64,000 nucleotides of DNA, from the NCBI GenBank assembly GCA_965249575.1, contig OZ252244.1, positions 3,160,702-3,224,701 on the forward strand, given 5' to 3'. Below the pieces are notes generated by a model. It searched no databases, was not told where the DNA came from, and worked only from the letters and a program-made list of their open reading frames with translations. The position numbers were made by a program, and so were the translations under genes. Numbering within the stretch: the stretch's first letter is position 1; every line of letters starts with the position of its first letter. Source of the DNA: Gemmatimonadales bacterium (GTDB taxonomy: Bacteria > Gemmatimonadota > Gemmatimonadetes > Gemmatimonadales > GWC2-71-9). Shown piece by piece: positions 42,145 to 53,763 of this stretch.

Positions 42145-45100
42145 TGCTCAAGGGGCTGGTCGCCAAGGTCGTCGGGACTCGGTTCGATCGCGAGCTCAAG
42201 CGCTTGCAGCCGATCATCGATCGAATCCACGAGCACGAAGCGCGCCTCGGCGGCTTGAGCGATCAGGAAATCCAGGGACAAACCGCAAAATTCCGCGAGG
42301 TGCTCCACGGGCGGCTGGGCGAGACGGAACAGGCGCTCGTGGGGAAGCGTGAAGCGAAACATGCCTGCGCCGATGGAGGGGAACGCGACGCGCTCGACCG
42401 GGAGATACACGATCTTGAGGCAACGCTGCGGCGGGATACGCAGCGTGCCCTCGACGACCTGCTGCCCGAGGCCTTTGCCACCGTCCGAGAAGCCTGCCGG
42501 CGCCTCCTCGGGACCGAAGTCGTCGTCACCGGTCACGAGCTCACCTGGGACATGGTGCCGTACGACGTTCAACTGATTGGCGGCATCGTGCTGCACCGCG
42601 GGAAGATTGCCGAGATGGCGACCGGCGAGGGAAAGACCCTCGTCGCGACGCTGCCCCTGTATCTAAACGCGCTCCCCGGGCGAGGGACGCACCTGGTGAC
42701 CGTGAACAACTACCTCGCCCGACGGGACTCACAGTGGATGGGTCACCTGCTCACGTACCTCGGTTTGACCGTCGGGTGTCTCGATGACACCACGCCGTCC
42801 AGCCCGGAGCGCAGGGCCGCCTACGAGTCCGACATCTGTTATGGGACTAACAACGAGTTCGGATTCGACTACCTCCGTGACAACATGGTGTTCACACTCG
42901 ACCAACGTGTGCAGCGCGCGCACACCTACGCGATCATCGACGAGGTCGATAGCATCCTAGTCGATGAGGCCCGCACGCCGCTCATCATCTCCGGACCGGT
43001 CGGGAACGAGGGCGACAAGAAGTACGCGGACTTCAACGCCCAAGTGCAGCGGCTGGTGCGGAAGCAAACCGCCGTGGTCAGCCAGCTGGTCGCCGAAGCG
43101 GAGCCTCTGCTGAGCGACGAGGAGCATCGGTACGAGGCTGGCATCAAGCTGTTCAAAGCACAGAAGGGAATGCCGAAGAACAAGCGACTCATGAAACTCT
43201 TTCAGGAGCCCGCCGAAAAGCAGTTGGTGCAGCGGGCCGAGCTCGATTACATCGCCGATCGCAAGCTCCCGGTCACGAAACAAAACATGAGGGATCTCGA
43301 GGAGGATCTCTTCTTCGTGATGGACGAGCGGGGCCATGCCGTCCACCTGACCGATCGCGGCGTGGAAATGATGAGTCCCGACGACCCGGGTCTGTTCGTC
43401 ATCCCGGACATCTCCGAGGAAATTGGGGCGGTCGATCGGGAGGAGGGACTGTCCGCGGAGGAAAAACTGGAGCGCCGCCGCCAGCTCGAGGCGGACTACG
43501 CCGCCAAGAGCGAGAAGCTCCACATCATCCACAAGCTGCTGCAAGCGTACGCGCTGTACGAGAAGGACGTGGAGTACGTGGTGCAGGAGGGTCAGGTCTT
43601 CATCGTCGACGAGTTCACCGGCCGGATCATGGCGGGCCGCCGCTGGTCAGACGGCCTGCACCAGGCGATCGAGGCCAAGGAAGGCGTCACGGTTCGTGGG
43701 GAGACCCAGACACTCGCGACCATCACGATCCAGAACTATTTCCGCATGTACGAGAAGCTGGCGGGGATGACCGGGACGGCGGAGACCGAAGAAACGGAGT
43801 TCTTCCAGATATACGGGCTCGAGGTCATGGTCATCCCCACCAACCGGCCGGCCCGCCGCATCGACAATCACGACCTCATCTACCGCACCCGCAGGGAGAA
43901 GTACAACGCGATCGCCGACGAAGTCGGTCGCCAACATGAACGGGGCCTACCGGTTCTCGTCGGCACCGTGACCGTCGAAGTGTCCGAGACGCTATCGCGC
44001 ATGCTGAAGCGCCGGGGACTCAAACATGAAGTGCTGAACGCGAAGTTACATCAGCGCGAAGCCGAGATCGTCTCGCAGGCAGGACGCCAGGGAGCGATTA
44101 CGATTGCCACCAACATGGCGGGCCGGGGCACGGACATCAAACTCGGGGCGGGTGTCAAGCAGTGCCAGGTGTGCGGCATTCTTTCCAAGATGGCACCCTT
44201 CGGGCAAGCGGTGGAGCAGCCCGACTTGACCCAGCCCGAAATCAAGCAGCGAGGCTGCTACGACGATCCACCCTGCGGGCTGGTCATCGTCGGGACGGAG
44301 CGACACGAGTCGCGACGGATTGACCGGCAGCTGCGGGGGCGGTCCGGCCGGCAGGGAGATCCCGGCGCGAGTGTATTCTTTCTCTCGCTCGAAGACGACC
44401 TGATGCGCCTGTTCGGCTCCGACCGTATCGCCCGCTGGATGGAGCGAACGGGGGCGGAGGAGGGCGAGGTCATTACGCACCCCCTCGTGACTCGGGCAAT
44501 TGGCAACGCGCAGAAGCGGGTCGAGCTCCAGAATTTTCAGGCGCGTAAGCGCCTGCTCGAATACGACGATGTCATGAACCAACAGCGCGAGGTCATTTAC
44601 GGTCTCCGCTTGTTCGCGCTCGACGGGGGTGAAGAGCTCAAAGGGGAAGCGATCAAGATGGTCGAGGCCGCGATGGAGCGCTTTGCCAATCAGGAGGCTG
44701 GCGAGGAGGACCCAGACGGGTGGGATCGGCACCTCGTGTCGACCGAGCTCGTGATGCGCTTCCTCATCTCCGTGCCCGATATCGAGCACGCGGACCGCGT
44801 TCCGGATCTCGAAGCCCTCAAGTCCCTCTTGAAGGACGCCGGACGGCAAGCGTTCCAGGCAAAGCTGGACTCGTGGGTGCAGCTTGGCCGGCGCCACGCG
44901 GTTGAGGATCTACCGGACCGGCTCCTATCGCACGTGATGCTGCAAGTACTCGATGAGAAGTGGAAAGACCACCTGTACGACCTGGATCAACTCCGTCACG
45001 CCATCCATTTCCGGGCCTGGGGTCAGAAGGACCCGTTGATCGAGTACAAGCAGGACGCCTTCGACATGTTCATGGACCTGATGAACGACGTCCGGTCGAC

Positions 45101-45398
45101 CTTGGCGGAACGGCTACTGAAGTTCCAGGTGCAGATCAGCGCTGGCCCGCCGACCCGGGGCCCATCCACCGCCCCTGTGGGGACGCCGGTCAAGGAGCCG
45201 CTGTCAGACGCTGATCTACTCGTTCCCGGGGCAGCGCGCGCGGCCGCCTCGGTACCGGCAGATGCGGCGGGCCGTGAGCCTCCCGCCACCGCTCGCTCGG
45301 CTGGGCCGGTGAGCGCCGTTCCGAAGGTTGGGCGCAACGACCCGTGTCCCTGCGGAAGCGGTCGTAAGTTTAAGAAGTGTCATGGGTTGAACACGTAG
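42144..45398 (+). CDS. secA: Preprotein translocase ATPase SecA, long form
   Basis: MATGEGKT, IIDEVDSILVDEARTPLIISG, QLRGRSGRQGDPG and C-terminal CPCGSGRKFKKCH. Confidence 0.97.
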   Translation: MLKGLVAKVVGTRFDRELKRLQPIIDRIHEHEARLGGLSDQEIQGQTAKFREVLHGRLGETEQALVGKREAKHACADGGERDALDREIHDLEATLRRDTQRALDDLLPEAFATVREACRRLLGTEVVVTGHELTWDMVPYDVQLIGGIVLHRGKIAEMATGEGKTLVATLPLYLNALPGRGTHLVTVNNYLARRDSQWMGHLLTYLGLTVGCLDDTTPSSPERRAAYESDICYGTNNEFGFDYLRDNMVFTLDQRVQRAHTYAIIDEVDSILVDEARTPLIISGPVGNEGDKKYADFNAQVQRLVRKQTAVVSQLVAEAEPLLSDEEHRYEAGIKLFKAQKGMPKNKRLMKLFQEPAEKQLVQRAELDYIADRKLPVTKQNMRDLEEDLFFVMDERGHAVHLTDRGVEMMSPDDPGLFVIPDISEEIGAVDREEGLSAEEKLERRRQLEADYAAKSEKLHIIHKLLQAYALYEKDVEYVVQEGQVFIVDEFTGRIMAGRRWSDGLHQAIEAKEGVTVRGETQTLATITIQNYFRMYEKLAGMTGTAETEETEFFQIYGLEVMVIPTNRPARRIDNHDLIYRTRREKYNAIADEVGRQHERGLPVLVGTVTVEVSETLSRMLKRRGLKHEVLNAKLHQREAEIVSQAGRQGAITIATNMAGRGTDIKLGAGVKQCQVCGILSKMAPFGQAVEQPDLTQPEIKQRGCYDDPPCGLVIVGTERHESRRIDRQLRGRSGRQGDPGASVFFLSLEDDLMRLFGSDRIARWMERTGAEEGEVITHPLVTRAIGNAQKRVELQNFQARKRLLEYDDVMNQQREVIYGLRLFALDGGEELKGEAIKMVEAAMERFANQEAGEEDPDGWDRHLVSTELVMRFLISVPDIEHADRVPDLEALKSLLKDAGRQAFQAKLDSWVQLGRRHAVEDLPDRLLSHVMLQVLDEKWKDHLYDLDQLRHAIHFRAWGQKDPLIEYKQDAFDMFMDLMNDVRSTLAERLLKFQVQISAGPPTRGPSTAPVGTPVKEPLSDADLLVPGAARAAASVPADAAGREPPATARSAGPVSAVPKVGRNDPCPCGSGRKFKKCHGLNT

Positions 45399-45480
45399 CC
45401 CGATTCGACTCGACACGCTCACGCCACCGGGTGCGTCGAAATGTACCCCTGGCGCCGCGCAGCCCCACGAGATTGCCTGG

Positions 45481-46164
45481 ATGGCCCACCGCTTAGCGGA
45501 TACCGGACCGCAGGAACGCCCACGAGAGCGTCTCTTCACCCTGGGTCCGGCCGCGTTGACGGCTGTGGAGTTGGTCGCCATCCTGATAGGGACCGGCACG
45601 CGCCGCGACGATGTGTTGGTGGTCGCGGAGAACGTGCTCTCGGAGTCCGGCGGGTCGCTCCGGCGCCTCGCGGGGCGTCCGGCCGGAGTGTTGGCACGGG
45701 TCCCGGGAGTCGGTCGCGCAAAGGCTGGGCGCGTGACGGCGGCGCTCGAATTAGCGCGACGGCTGGCAGGGGAATCGCGCGCTGCGGTCTGTCAGGTGCG
45801 CACCCCCTCCGACGTGCAGCGCTGGTGCGGTCCCGCGCTCCGAGACCTCACCGTGGAGGAGTTTCACATCTTGACCCTCGATGCGCAGAACTGCATTACC
45901 CGCGATTTGCTCATCACGCGAGGTATCTTGAACGTTTCATTGGTCCACCCCCGGGAGGTATTCCGGGCGGCCATCGCCGAGGCGGCGGCTGGGGTGATCG
46001 TGGTACACAACCATCCGAGCGGCAACCCCGCACCGTCCGCCGACGATCGGGCCGTGACGAAGCAGCTGGTGGATGCGGGACGCGTCCTCGACATCCCCGT
46101 GTACGATCACGTGGTGGTGGGTGGCGATCGATACTTCAGCTTCGCCGAAGGCGGGCTATTGTGA
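45481..46164 (+). CDS. radC: RadC-family JAB-domain protein
   Basis: ERPRERL, VHPREVF and HNHPSG.P.PS..D motifs. Confidence 0.92.
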   Translation: MAHRLADTGPQERPRERLFTLGPAALTAVELVAILIGTGTRRDDVLVVAENVLSESGGSLRRLAGRPAGVLARVPGVGRAKAGRVTAALELARRLAGESRAAVCQVRTPSDVQRWCGPALRDLTVEEFHILTLDAQNCITRDLLITRGILNVSLVHPREVFRAAIAEAAAGVIVVHNHPSGNPAPSADDRAVTKQLVDAGRVLDIPVYDHVVVGGDRYFSFAEGGLL

Positions 46165-48329
46165 CCGGGGCACTGGTCGACGTCGATTCCCGTTTTGCCG
46201 GGGCGCTAGCGGCCCGCAAGGACCGGCTCGATATCGCCCTACTCGAGCGGGCCTACCAGTTCAGCGCGTTGGCGCACCGCGGGCAAAAGCGCCTTTCGGG
46301 TGACGCCTTCGTATCCCATTCCGTCGAAGTCGCCCACATCCTCGTCGAGCAACAACTCGATACCGTGACGGTCGCGGCGGCGCTCTTGCACGACGTCGTC
46401 GAGGACGCCGAGATCACCATTTCAGAGATCGAGGCGGCGTTCGGGGAGGAAGTGGCCGGTATCGTCGACGGGTTGACGAAGATCTCCAGCCTGCGATTCC
46501 AATCGAGTGCCGAGGCCCAGGTGGAGAACTATCGAAAGCTCCTGCTGTCGGTCGCTCGGGATGCTCGCGTGATCATCGTGAAACTCGCCGACCGCTTGCA
46601 CAACATGCGGACCCTTCAACACTTGCCGGCCGACCGCCAGCAGCGCATCGCGCTCGAGACGCGCGAGATCTACGCGCCCCTGGCTCACCGGTTCGGCATG
46701 GCCGGTATGAAGGCGGAACTCGAAGATTTGGCGTTTCGGTTTCTCGAGCGGGAGGATTATCAGGCGCTCGGCACCGGCGTCCAGGCGGGACGAGACGAGC
46801 GGAAAGAGATGATCGATCGGCTGCGGGTGCCGCTAGCGGAGGCGCTCGGTCGCGCCGGCATCGCCGAATTCGAGATCACGGGCCGGCCGAAGCACTTGTG
46901 GTCAATTTACAATAAAATGAAGCGCCGCGACCGACCCCTCGACGAGATCTACGATCTCATGGCCGTCAGGGTGCTCGTCGACACCGTGCCCGACTGCTAT
47001 CACGTGCTCGGCGTCGTTCACCATCAGTGGACGCCATTGCAGGAGCGCATCAAGGACTACATCGCGTCGCCCAAGTCGAACGCTTATCAAGCCTTGCATA
47101 CAACTATTTTCGGACCGGGCGGTCAGCTGTACGAGATCCAGATCCGCACGCGGGAAATGCATCGCACCGCGGAGTACGGAATCGCGGCCCACTGGGTATA
47201 CAAGGAGGGGCGGAAGCCCGACAAGCTCGACAGCCACTTTGCGTGGTTCCGGCAACTGCTGGAGCTGCAGCAGGATGCTCACAGCCCCGAAGAGTTTCTC
47301 GAATTCTTGAAAATCGATCTCTACCAGGACGAGATCTTCGTATTCACTCCAAAGGGCGATGTCAAACGTCTCCCCACCGGATCTACACCCATCGACTTCG
47401 CCTTTGCCGTGCACACGGAGGTCGGACTCCGTTGCCAGGGCGCCAAGGTAAACGGGCGCATCGCGCCCCTCCATCGTTCGTTGCGTAACGGAGACACGGT
47501 CACGGTGCTCACGGGGCAGCAGCCACGGCCAAGTCGCGATTGGGTGGCCCACGTGCAGACGGCCCGGGCGCGGCACAAGATCCGGCAGTGGATCAAACAG
47601 GAAGAGGCTGCGGCGAGCATTGCGCTGGGTAAGGAAATCCTTGCTCGAGAGCTCCGCAGGCGCCGACTCACCCTTCCGGACGACGCGACCGTGCGGCAGC
47701 GCACTGAGGGGATCGTGGTCGATGTGGAGGGACTGTACCAGGCTCTCGGCAGCGGAGATCTCCCGATCGGCCGGGTGATCCGGGCGCTGTTCCCGGACCA
47801 GTCGGCCGACCAGCTGCAGGGGTCCAAGCCGAGCGGTTTCGGGCGGGTACTCGAGCGCATTCGGTTCGGCCGCGGGGTGCGGATCCAGGGCGTCCACGGC
47901 CTCATGCTGAGATATGCGCAGTGCTGCCAGCCGGTTCCCGGTGATCCTGTCGTCGGTTACGTCACGAGAGGCCGGGGCGTGTCGATCCATCGGGTGGACT
48001 GCCCAAACCTTCTCGCGATGTCGACAGAGCCAGAGCGGCGCGTGGAGATCGATTGGCAGTCGATGGAAGGGGAGGTCTTCGTCGTGCGACTCGGAGTGGT
48101 TGGGGAAGACCGCCGCGGGCTCTATGCCGATTTGATGGAGGGGGTGTCGCAGACGGGGACCAACACTCGGAGCGCCGAACTCTCGAGCAAGGATGGGGCC
48201 ATGTTTGGATCGGTGCTCGTCGAGGTCGAGAACCACGCTCATCTATCCAAGGTCATGAAGGCGATGCGGCGCGTGAAGGGCGTTTCGGAAGTCGAGCGTC
48301 GGGAGCCGGCTCCACGTATCGGCGAGTAG
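46161..48329 (+). CDS. Bifunctional (p)ppGpp synthetase/hydrolase (RelA/SpoT, long RSH)
   Basis: Intact HD (LLHDVVED), [26 protein letters not shown] and ACT domain. Confidence 0.93.
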   Translation: MTGALVDVDSRFAGALAARKDRLDIALLERAYQFSALAHRGQKRLSGDAFVSHSVEVAHILVEQQLDTVTVAAALLHDVVEDAEITISEIEAAFGEEVAGIVDGLTKISSLRFQSSAEAQVENYRKLLLSVARDARVIIVKLADRLHNMRTLQHLPADRQQRIALETREIYAPLAHRFGMAGMKAELEDLAFRFLEREDYQALGTGVQAGRDERKEMIDRLRVPLAEALGRAGIAEFEITGRPKHLWSIYNKMKRRDRPLDEIYDLMAVRVLVDTVPDCYHVLGVVHHQWTPLQERIKDYIASPKSNAYQALHTTIFGPGGQLYEIQIRTREMHRTAEYGIAAHWVYKEGRKPDKLDSHFAWFRQLLELQQDAHSPEEFLEFLKIDLYQDEIFVFTPKGDVKRLPTGSTPIDFAFAVHTEVGLRCQGAKVNGRIAPLHRSLRNGDTVTVLTGQQPRPSRDWVAHVQTARARHKIRQWIKQEEAAASIALGKEILARELRRRRLTLPDDATVRQRTEGIVVDVEGLYQALGSGDLPIGRVIRALFPDQSADQLQGSKPSGFGRVLERIRFGRGVRIQGVHGLMLRYAQCCQPVPGDPVVGYVTRGRGVSIHRVDCPNLLAMSTEPERRVEIDWQSMEGEVFVVRLGVVGEDRRGLYADLMEGVSQTGTNTRSAELSSKDGAMFGSVLVEVENHAHLSKVMKAMRRVKGVSEVERREPAPRIGE

Positions 48330-48333
48330 CTCC

Positions 48334-50421
48334 GTGCCCAACGAGCCACCGTCCGCCGCCGCCGTGACCGGGTTCCGCCTCAAGCTCCCGTTCGAGCCCG
48401 CGGGTGACCAGCCACGTGCCGTTGACGAGCTGCAACGCGGTTTGGCAAACGGAACGCGATACCAAACACTTCTCGGCGTTACCGGCTCCGGCAAGACGGT
48501 CACCATGGCGCACGTGATCGCCTCGCACGGCCGTCCCACGCTCGTCCTTTCCCACAACAAGACGCTGGCTGCCCAGCTGTACGGCGAGCTCAAGTCCTTC
48601 TTCCCGCATAACGCGGTCGAGTACTTCGTTTCGTACTACGACTACTATCAACCCGAGGCGTACGTGCCGGCCACGGACACGTACATCGAAAAGGATGCGA
48701 GCATCAACGACGACATCGATTCGCTCCGATTACGAGCGACCTCGAGCCTCATGGAACGAGAGGACGTCGTCATCGTCGCGTCCGTGAGCGCGATCTACGG
48801 ACTCGGCGATCCAGTGGAGTACCGGCAGTTGATGGTCACGATCGAAATGAACGACAAACCGGGGAGGGACATGGTCCTGGCGGACCTCGTGCGCATTCAC
48901 TATCAGCGAAATGACGCCGCCTTCGAACGCGGCACCTTTCGAGTTCGAGGCGACACGGTGGAGGTGTTCCCGGCATACGAAGAACAGGCAGTTCGGATCG
49001 AGTTTTGGGGGGACAGGGTGGAGCGCGTTTCGAAGATCGATCCGCTCACCGGCGAGGTAATCGCGGAGCTACGCCGGTGCGCGATCTATCCGGCGACCCA
49101 TTTTGTGGTGCGGCGGCCGACGCTCGAGCGGGCTGTCGAGCAGATCAGAATCGAGCTCCGAGGGCGGCTCGACGAGCTGCGGCGCGATGGCAAGCTGCTC
49201 GAGGCGCAGCGCCTGGAGGCTCGCACCAACTTCGACGTCGATATGCTCCTCGAAGTCGGAACGTGCGCTGGTGTCGAGAACTACAGTCGCCACTTGGCTG
49301 CTCGGCGTGCCGGTGAGCGGCCGGCCTGCCTGCTCGATTATTTTCCGGCCGATTTTCTCACGATCATCGACGAATCTCACGTGACGCTGCCTCAGATCGG
49401 TGGGATGTACGCTGGCGACCGGTCGCGGAAAGAGACCCTGGTCGAGCACGGGTTTCGCCTCCCGTCCGCGCTCGACAATCGGCCGCTCAACATCGGCGAG
49501 TTCATGAACGTCGTCCCCTCCATCCTCTTCGTCTCGGCGACACCTGGCGATCGCGAGCTCGAGCTGTCCGAGGGGTTGGCGGTCGAACAGATCATCCGGC
49601 CGACCGGTCTGGTCGATCCCGAGGTCGAGGTGCGCCCAGTCAAGGGCCAAGTGGACGATCTGCTTGCAGAGATCCGCGAGTGCGAAGCCGCAGGCCATCG
49701 GGTGCTCGTGACCACCCTGACCAAACGCATGGCGGAAGATCTCACGGACTACCTCCAGCAGGTGGGCGTTCGCGTGCGCTATATGCACTCAGACATCGAC
49801 GCGATCGAGCGCATGGAGATCGTTCGAGGTCTCAGACTCGGCGAGTTCGACGTGCTCGTGGGCATCAATCTGCTGCGGGAGGGACTCGATCTTCCAGAGG
49901 TGGCGCTGGTGGCCATTCTGGACGCGGATCAGGAGGGGTTCTTGCGCTCCGACCGGTCACTCATCCAGACAGTCGGCCGCGCAGCCCGGAACGTTGCCGG
50001 CCGAGCCATACTGTACGCCGACCACGTTACCGGTTCCATGGAGCGGGCGCTTGCCGAAATGGACCGACGGCGCGCCACGCAGATAGCGTATAACGTGGAG
50101 CACGGAGTGACCCCGACCTCGATTCACAAGTCGACCGATCAGGTTCGGCTCGTGACGCGTGTCGCCGATGCCCGCTCAGAGCCAGCGTCAAAGACCACCG
50201 TATCGCTGCGCCCAGCCAACGCTGAAGAGCGGGAGCGCCTGGTGGCGGCACTCGAACAACAGATGCGAGAAGCGGCAGCCGAGCTCGACTTCGAGCTGGC
50301 GGCGCTGCTCAGGGATCAGATCTTCGATCTCAAATCCGGGAACACGTCGAGCGGCGCTGGCGACGCCGCCCGCGGGCGCCCCCGGCGCCGCCGCGCTGGG
50401 TCGAGGCGCAAACGTGCATGA
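48334..50421 (+). CDS. uvrB: Excinuclease ABC subunit B
   Basis: [29 protein letters not shown] and C-terminal UVR domain. Confidence 0.97.
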   Translation: MPNEPPSAAAVTGFRLKLPFEPAGDQPRAVDELQRGLANGTRYQTLLGVTGSGKTVTMAHVIASHGRPTLVLSHNKTLAAQLYGELKSFFPHNAVEYFVSYYDYYQPEAYVPATDTYIEKDASINDDIDSLRLRATSSLMEREDVVIVASVSAIYGLGDPVEYRQLMVTIEMNDKPGRDMVLADLVRIHYQRNDAAFERGTFRVRGDTVEVFPAYEEQAVRIEFWGDRVERVSKIDPLTGEVIAELRRCAIYPATHFVVRRPTLERAVEQIRIELRGRLDELRRDGKLLEAQRLEARTNFDVDMLLEVGTCAGVENYSRHLAARRAGERPACLLDYFPADFLTIIDESHVTLPQIGGMYAGDRSRKETLVEHGFRLPSALDNRPLNIGEFMNVVPSILFVSATPGDRELELSEGLAVEQIIRPTGLVDPEVEVRPVKGQVDDLLAEIRECEAAGHRVLVTTLTKRMAEDLTDYLQQVGVRVRYMHSDIDAIERMEIVRGLRLGEFDVLVGINLLREGLDLPEVALVAILDADQEGFLRSDRSLIQTVGRAARNVAGRAILYADHVTGSMERALAEMDRRRATQIAYNVEHGVTPTSIHKSTDQVRLVTRVADARSEPASKTTVSLRPANAEERERLVAALEQQMREAAAELDFELAALLRDQIFDLKSGNTSSGAGDAARGRPRRRRAGSRRKRA

Positions 50422-50845
50422 CTTGCTGGCAGGGAAGGCTCGCGTCGTCGGGTTGGAACAACTCCGCGCAGAGGCGGCTCGCGTCTGGGCGCGGCTCCCG
50501 GCCGGTTCGGTCGTCTGGCTCACGGGCGAGCTCGGGAGCGGTAAGACCACATTCGTTCGGGGCATTACCGAAGCGGCGGCGGCGCCACCCGCCACCAGTC
50601 CGACCTACGCGCTCATCCACCGATACCCCACCCCGACTGGTCCGATCATCCACGTCGACTGTTACCGTGTGCGCCCGTCAGACGACCTCCGGGACCTGGA
50701 CTTCCCCGGACTACTGGCTGAAGCCCGCCTGCTGGTGATCGAATGGCCGGAACGGGCTGGTGCCCTCGTACCACCTCCGGAACTGCACGTTCGGCTCGGA
50801 CATACCGAGCATTCTGATAGACGTGTCCTAGAGCGCGTAGCTTGA
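50414..50845 (+). CDS. tsaE: tRNA t6A biosynthesis ATPase TsaE
   Basis: [17 protein letters not shown] and IEWPE motifs. Confidence 0.9.
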   Translation: MHDLLAGKARVVGLEQLRAEAARVWARLPAGSVVWLTGELGSGKTTFVRGITEAAAAPPATSPTYALIHRYPTPTGPIIHVDCYRVRPSDDLRDLDFPGLLAEARLLVIEWPERAGALVPPPELHVRLGHTEHSDRRVLERVA

Positions 50846-51570
50846 CGCTCTTGCTCGCCATCGATACGGCGACGGCGTTCGGGAGCGTGGCGCTGGGCCG
50901 GCCTGGGGAGCCGCTAACCGGGTGCTTTCTCGGCGGGCGACGCCACGCGGCCGCCGTCACCGCCGCGGTCGACCATGCGCTCCGGATGGGTGACGCCGAG
51001 CACGCCAGCCTCTCGGGCGTCGTTGTGGCGGATGGCCCTGGGAGCTTTACTGGACTCCGCGTCGGATGGGCCACCGCCCAAGGCTTGTGTCGCGCGACTG
51101 CTGGGCTTGAGGTGTGGCGCGCGCCGTCGCTCATGGCCACCGCGTGGACCGCGAGCCGATTCCATGACGGGCTCATCGCCGCGATGTATGACGCCTACCG
51201 CGGGGAGGTGTTTGCGGCCGTGTATCGGTTCGAAGGCCGCCGGGTAACCACGGTGTTCCCGCCGAGTCTCTGCGCACCGGATGAGTTGTGCCGCCAGCCA
51301 GGTCTGGAGCCCGTGGTGGCGGTCGGTGACGGCGCGGTGTTGCATGCGCCCCAGGTCACCGCTTGGACCGGGCGGCCGCCGATAACGCCTCCCGCGGGCG
51401 CCCTTCAGGCGCTCGCGCTCATCGAGCTCGTCGCGTTCGAGGGAGCGGTTTCCGCGGTCCAGGATATAGCGGCTTACGCCCCGGATTACGGCCGCCCCGC
51501 GGAGGCTCAGGTTCGATGGGAGCAGGCTCATGGAAGAGCACTACCGCATTCGCCCGGCGACGCCGGGTGA
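50842..51570 (+). CDS. tsaB: tRNA t6A biosynthesis protein TsaB
   Basis: LAIDTAT, GPGSFTGLRVG and DA.RGEV motifs. Confidence 0.9.
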   Translation: MTLLLAIDTATAFGSVALGRPGEPLTGCFLGGRRHAAAVTAAVDHALRMGDAEHASLSGVVVADGPGSFTGLRVGWATAQGLCRATAGLEVWRAPSLMATAWTASRFHDGLIAAMYDAYRGEVFAAVYRFEGRRVTTVFPPSLCAPDELCRQPGLEPVVAVGDGAVLHAPQVTAWTGRPPITPPAGALQALALIELVAFEGAVSAVQDIAAYAPDYGRPAEAQVRWEQAHGRALPHSPGDAG

Positions 51571-51988
51571 CGCATCTGCGATCGCGGCCCTCGAACGGCA
51601 GATCTTCACCGACCCTTGGCCGGAATCGGCGCTTGTCACTCCGGCCGGCGACCTGTCGCTCGTAGCGTGTGTCGGGGGTAGTGTCGTTGCGTACGTGTTC
51701 GTTCGAGCAGCGGAGGACGAGGCCGAGGTGCTCAATGTGGCGGTGCATCCGGCTCGAAGGCGTCGTGGGATCGGCCGCGCGCTGCTGACCCGGGCGCTTG
51801 CTCGCTGTGCGGTTTCCGGGGTCCGCGCCGTCCACCTTGAGGTGCGGGCCTCAAACGACGTGGCGCAGGCGTTCTACCGCCAAATGGGGTTCCAACAAGC
51901 GGGTCGCCGGCCCCGATACTACACACAACCGGCCGAAGATGCGCTCGTATTGAGGCGGATCCTGGGCCCGCGCGAACACCCTGCGTAG
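51530..51988 (+). CDS. rimI: Ribosomal-protein-alanine N-acetyltransferase
   Basis: NVAVHP..RRRGIG, LEVRASN and R.RYY..PAEDA motifs. Confidence 0.88.
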   Translation: MEEHYRIRPATPGDASAIAALERQIFTDPWPESALVTPAGDLSLVACVGGSVVAYVFVRAAEDEAEVLNVAVHPARRRRGIGRALLTRALARCAVSGVRAVHLEVRASNDVAQAFYRQMGFQQAGRRPRYYTQPAEDALVLRRILGPREHPA

Positions 51989-52014
51989 AACGGGTCCGAA
52001 TGGCGTATCTTTGG

Positions 52015-52043
52015 TTGACAAAAGGACTTAAAGCACCTATAGT
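52015..52043 (+). promoter_or_regulatory. Near-consensus sigma70 promoter upstream of ssb
   Basis: TTGACA-17 nt-TATAGT. Confidence 0.8.
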
Positions 52044-52084
52044 TTCACGCGTCCGAGTCATGCCCCCAAGCGTTGGAGGCTGAA

Positions 52085-52579
52085 GTGAGCCGTAGTTTGA
52101 ACAAGGTGATGTTGATCGGAAACCTGGGGGCTGACCCTGAGGTTCGGAGCACATCGAACGGCTCTCGTGTCGCGACCTTATCCGTCGCCACCAGCCGGCA
52201 GTGGAACAACCAGGCCGGCGAGCGCCAGGAAAAAACGGAGTGGCATCGGGTTGTGCTGTGGAATGGAAAGGGTGCGCAGCTCGCTGATTTTGCCGAACGG
52301 TACGCCAAGAAGGGCGACCGCGTATATGTCGAAGGCCGGGTCGAATACCGGACTTGGGAGGATCGCGAAGGGAACACTCGGTACACCACGGAGGTCAATG
52401 GCCGGGAGTTCATCCTGTTGACCTCTCGAGGTGGAAGCGATGGCGATGACGGGCCCGCCCGGCGCCCAGCTGCGCAGTCCGCCGTGGCCGAGTCGGCGGC
52501 TGGAAGCGCATCGAAGAAGGAAACCTACGACAAGTTCCCGGAGGCGCTCGATGAGGAGGACGATGATCTTCCGTTCTAG
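52085..52579 (+). CDS. ssb: Single-stranded DNA-binding protein
   Basis: LNKVMLIGNLG.DPE, TEWHRV and acidic tail DDDLPF; RBS GGAGG. Confidence 0.96.
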   Translation: MSRSLNKVMLIGNLGADPEVRSTSNGSRVATLSVATSRQWNNQAGERQEKTEWHRVVLWNGKGAQLADFAERYAKKGDRVYVEGRVEYRTWEDREGNTRYTTEVNGREFILLTSRGGSDGDDGPARRPAAQSAVAESAAGSASKKETYDKFPEALDEEDDDLPF

Positions 52580-53753
52580 CTGCGCCTTGGCGGTCATGGC
52601 CCTTTCCCTGTTTGGGGTGAGGGCCGTTCATGCGCAGGACGATCCCGCACCCGCTCCCGCGCAGGGGCGCGTGCACATCGTGGAGTCCGGCGAGACCCTG
52701 TGGGACCTGGCGCAGCAGTATTTCGGCGATCCTTTTCTGTGGCCCTCGATCTATCGGCTGAACACCATCGTGGTCGAAGATCCACACTGGATCTTCCCTG
52801 GCGAGGAGCTGATGCTTGTCCCGCCGGAACCCACCGCTATGGTTGCCGCCGAGCCTGAAGCACCGGTCGAGATCCCAGCGGGCGAGCCTGTGGACCCGCA
52901 GCCTGAAGTCGCGTTGGTCACTCCCGAGGAGCCTCTCGAGCTGGGTCCCACCGGCGACCTGCCCCCGCCGCCCCCGCCGACGTCGGGGGTCTCGGGACCC
53001 ACGGTTTTCATGGATCAGCGCAGCCAGGGTTCACGGGTGGGTCGCATGGGCGAAACCGGCTACCGTTCGGTTCTTCCAGGTCAGTTCTACGCCGCCGGCT
53101 TTCTCACGGAGCGCGATCGGTTGCCTTGGTCGAGCGTCGTCGGCGCGCTGGATCGCACAATGCTTGGGACGCTCAGCGCCGTTACTACGGCGCGAATCTT
53201 TGGTTCGGTCGAGCTCCGTGCGTCCGCATCGGCGGTCTACCACGTGGGCGATACCCTACTGACCGTGCGTCGTGGGCGAGAACTCGATGGCTGGGGCAGG
53301 GTGATCGTCCCGTCGGGACTCATCCGCGTTACCGACGTAGCGGGCCGCCGTGTGACTGGCGACGTCGTGGCGCAGTTCAACCGGGTGATCAGCGGCCAAT
53401 CCGCGTTGCCAGTCGAGCCCTTCAGCGATCCCGGCACGGTCGAGCCGGTCCCGATCGAGAACGGAATGACCGGCAGTGTGATCGCTGTCCGCGACCTCCA
53501 CCCGGTCCCAGGGAAGCTGAATGTCATCTTCATCGATCTGGGGCGAGAACAAGGGGTTGCGATCGGCGATGTCTTCGAAGTGCTGCAGCCGCCCGATGCT
53601 GGGGCGTCGACAGAGGCCCCGCCCCGAGCCATAGCGATCATACAGGTCGTGCATGTGCGCCAACGGTCCGCGTCGGGTCTGCTTCTCCAGATCTTCAACC
53701 TGGGTGTTCGGCGCGGCGCGCCGGTACGGCTGAGTCGGAAGATGCCGTCCTGA
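52563..53753 (+). CDS. Exported LysM peptidoglycan-binding protein
   Basis: Signal ending VHA-Q; LysM HIVESGETLWDLAQQYFGDPFLWPSIY...PHWIFPG. Confidence 0.85.
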   Translation: MIFRSSCALAVMALSLFGVRAVHAQDDPAPAPAQGRVHIVESGETLWDLAQQYFGDPFLWPSIYRLNTIVVEDPHWIFPGEELMLVPPEPTAMVAAEPEAPVEIPAGEPVDPQPEVALVTPEEPLELGPTGDLPPPPPPTSGVSGPTVFMDQRSQGSRVGRMGETGYRSVLPGQFYAAGFLTERDRLPWSSVVGALDRTMLGTLSAVTTARIFGSVELRASASAVYHVGDTLLTVRRGRELDGWGRVIVPSGLIRVTDVAGRRVTGDVVAQFNRVISGQSALPVEPFSDPGTVEPVPIENGMTGSVIAVRDLHPVPGKLNVIFIDLGREQGVAIGDVFEVLQPPDAGASTEAPPRAIAIIQVVHVRQRSASGLLLQIFNLGVRRGAPVRLSRKMPS

Positions 53754-53763
53754 TAGGGGGCGG

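Noticed and set aside
45410-45439. Imperfect hairpin between secA and radC
   Set aside because: Mismatched stem with no U tract; cannot be supported as a terminator or operator.
45481-46164. radC as a marker of a mobile or anti-restriction element
   Set aside because: It is the full-length chromosomal type, overlapping rel in a housekeeping run.
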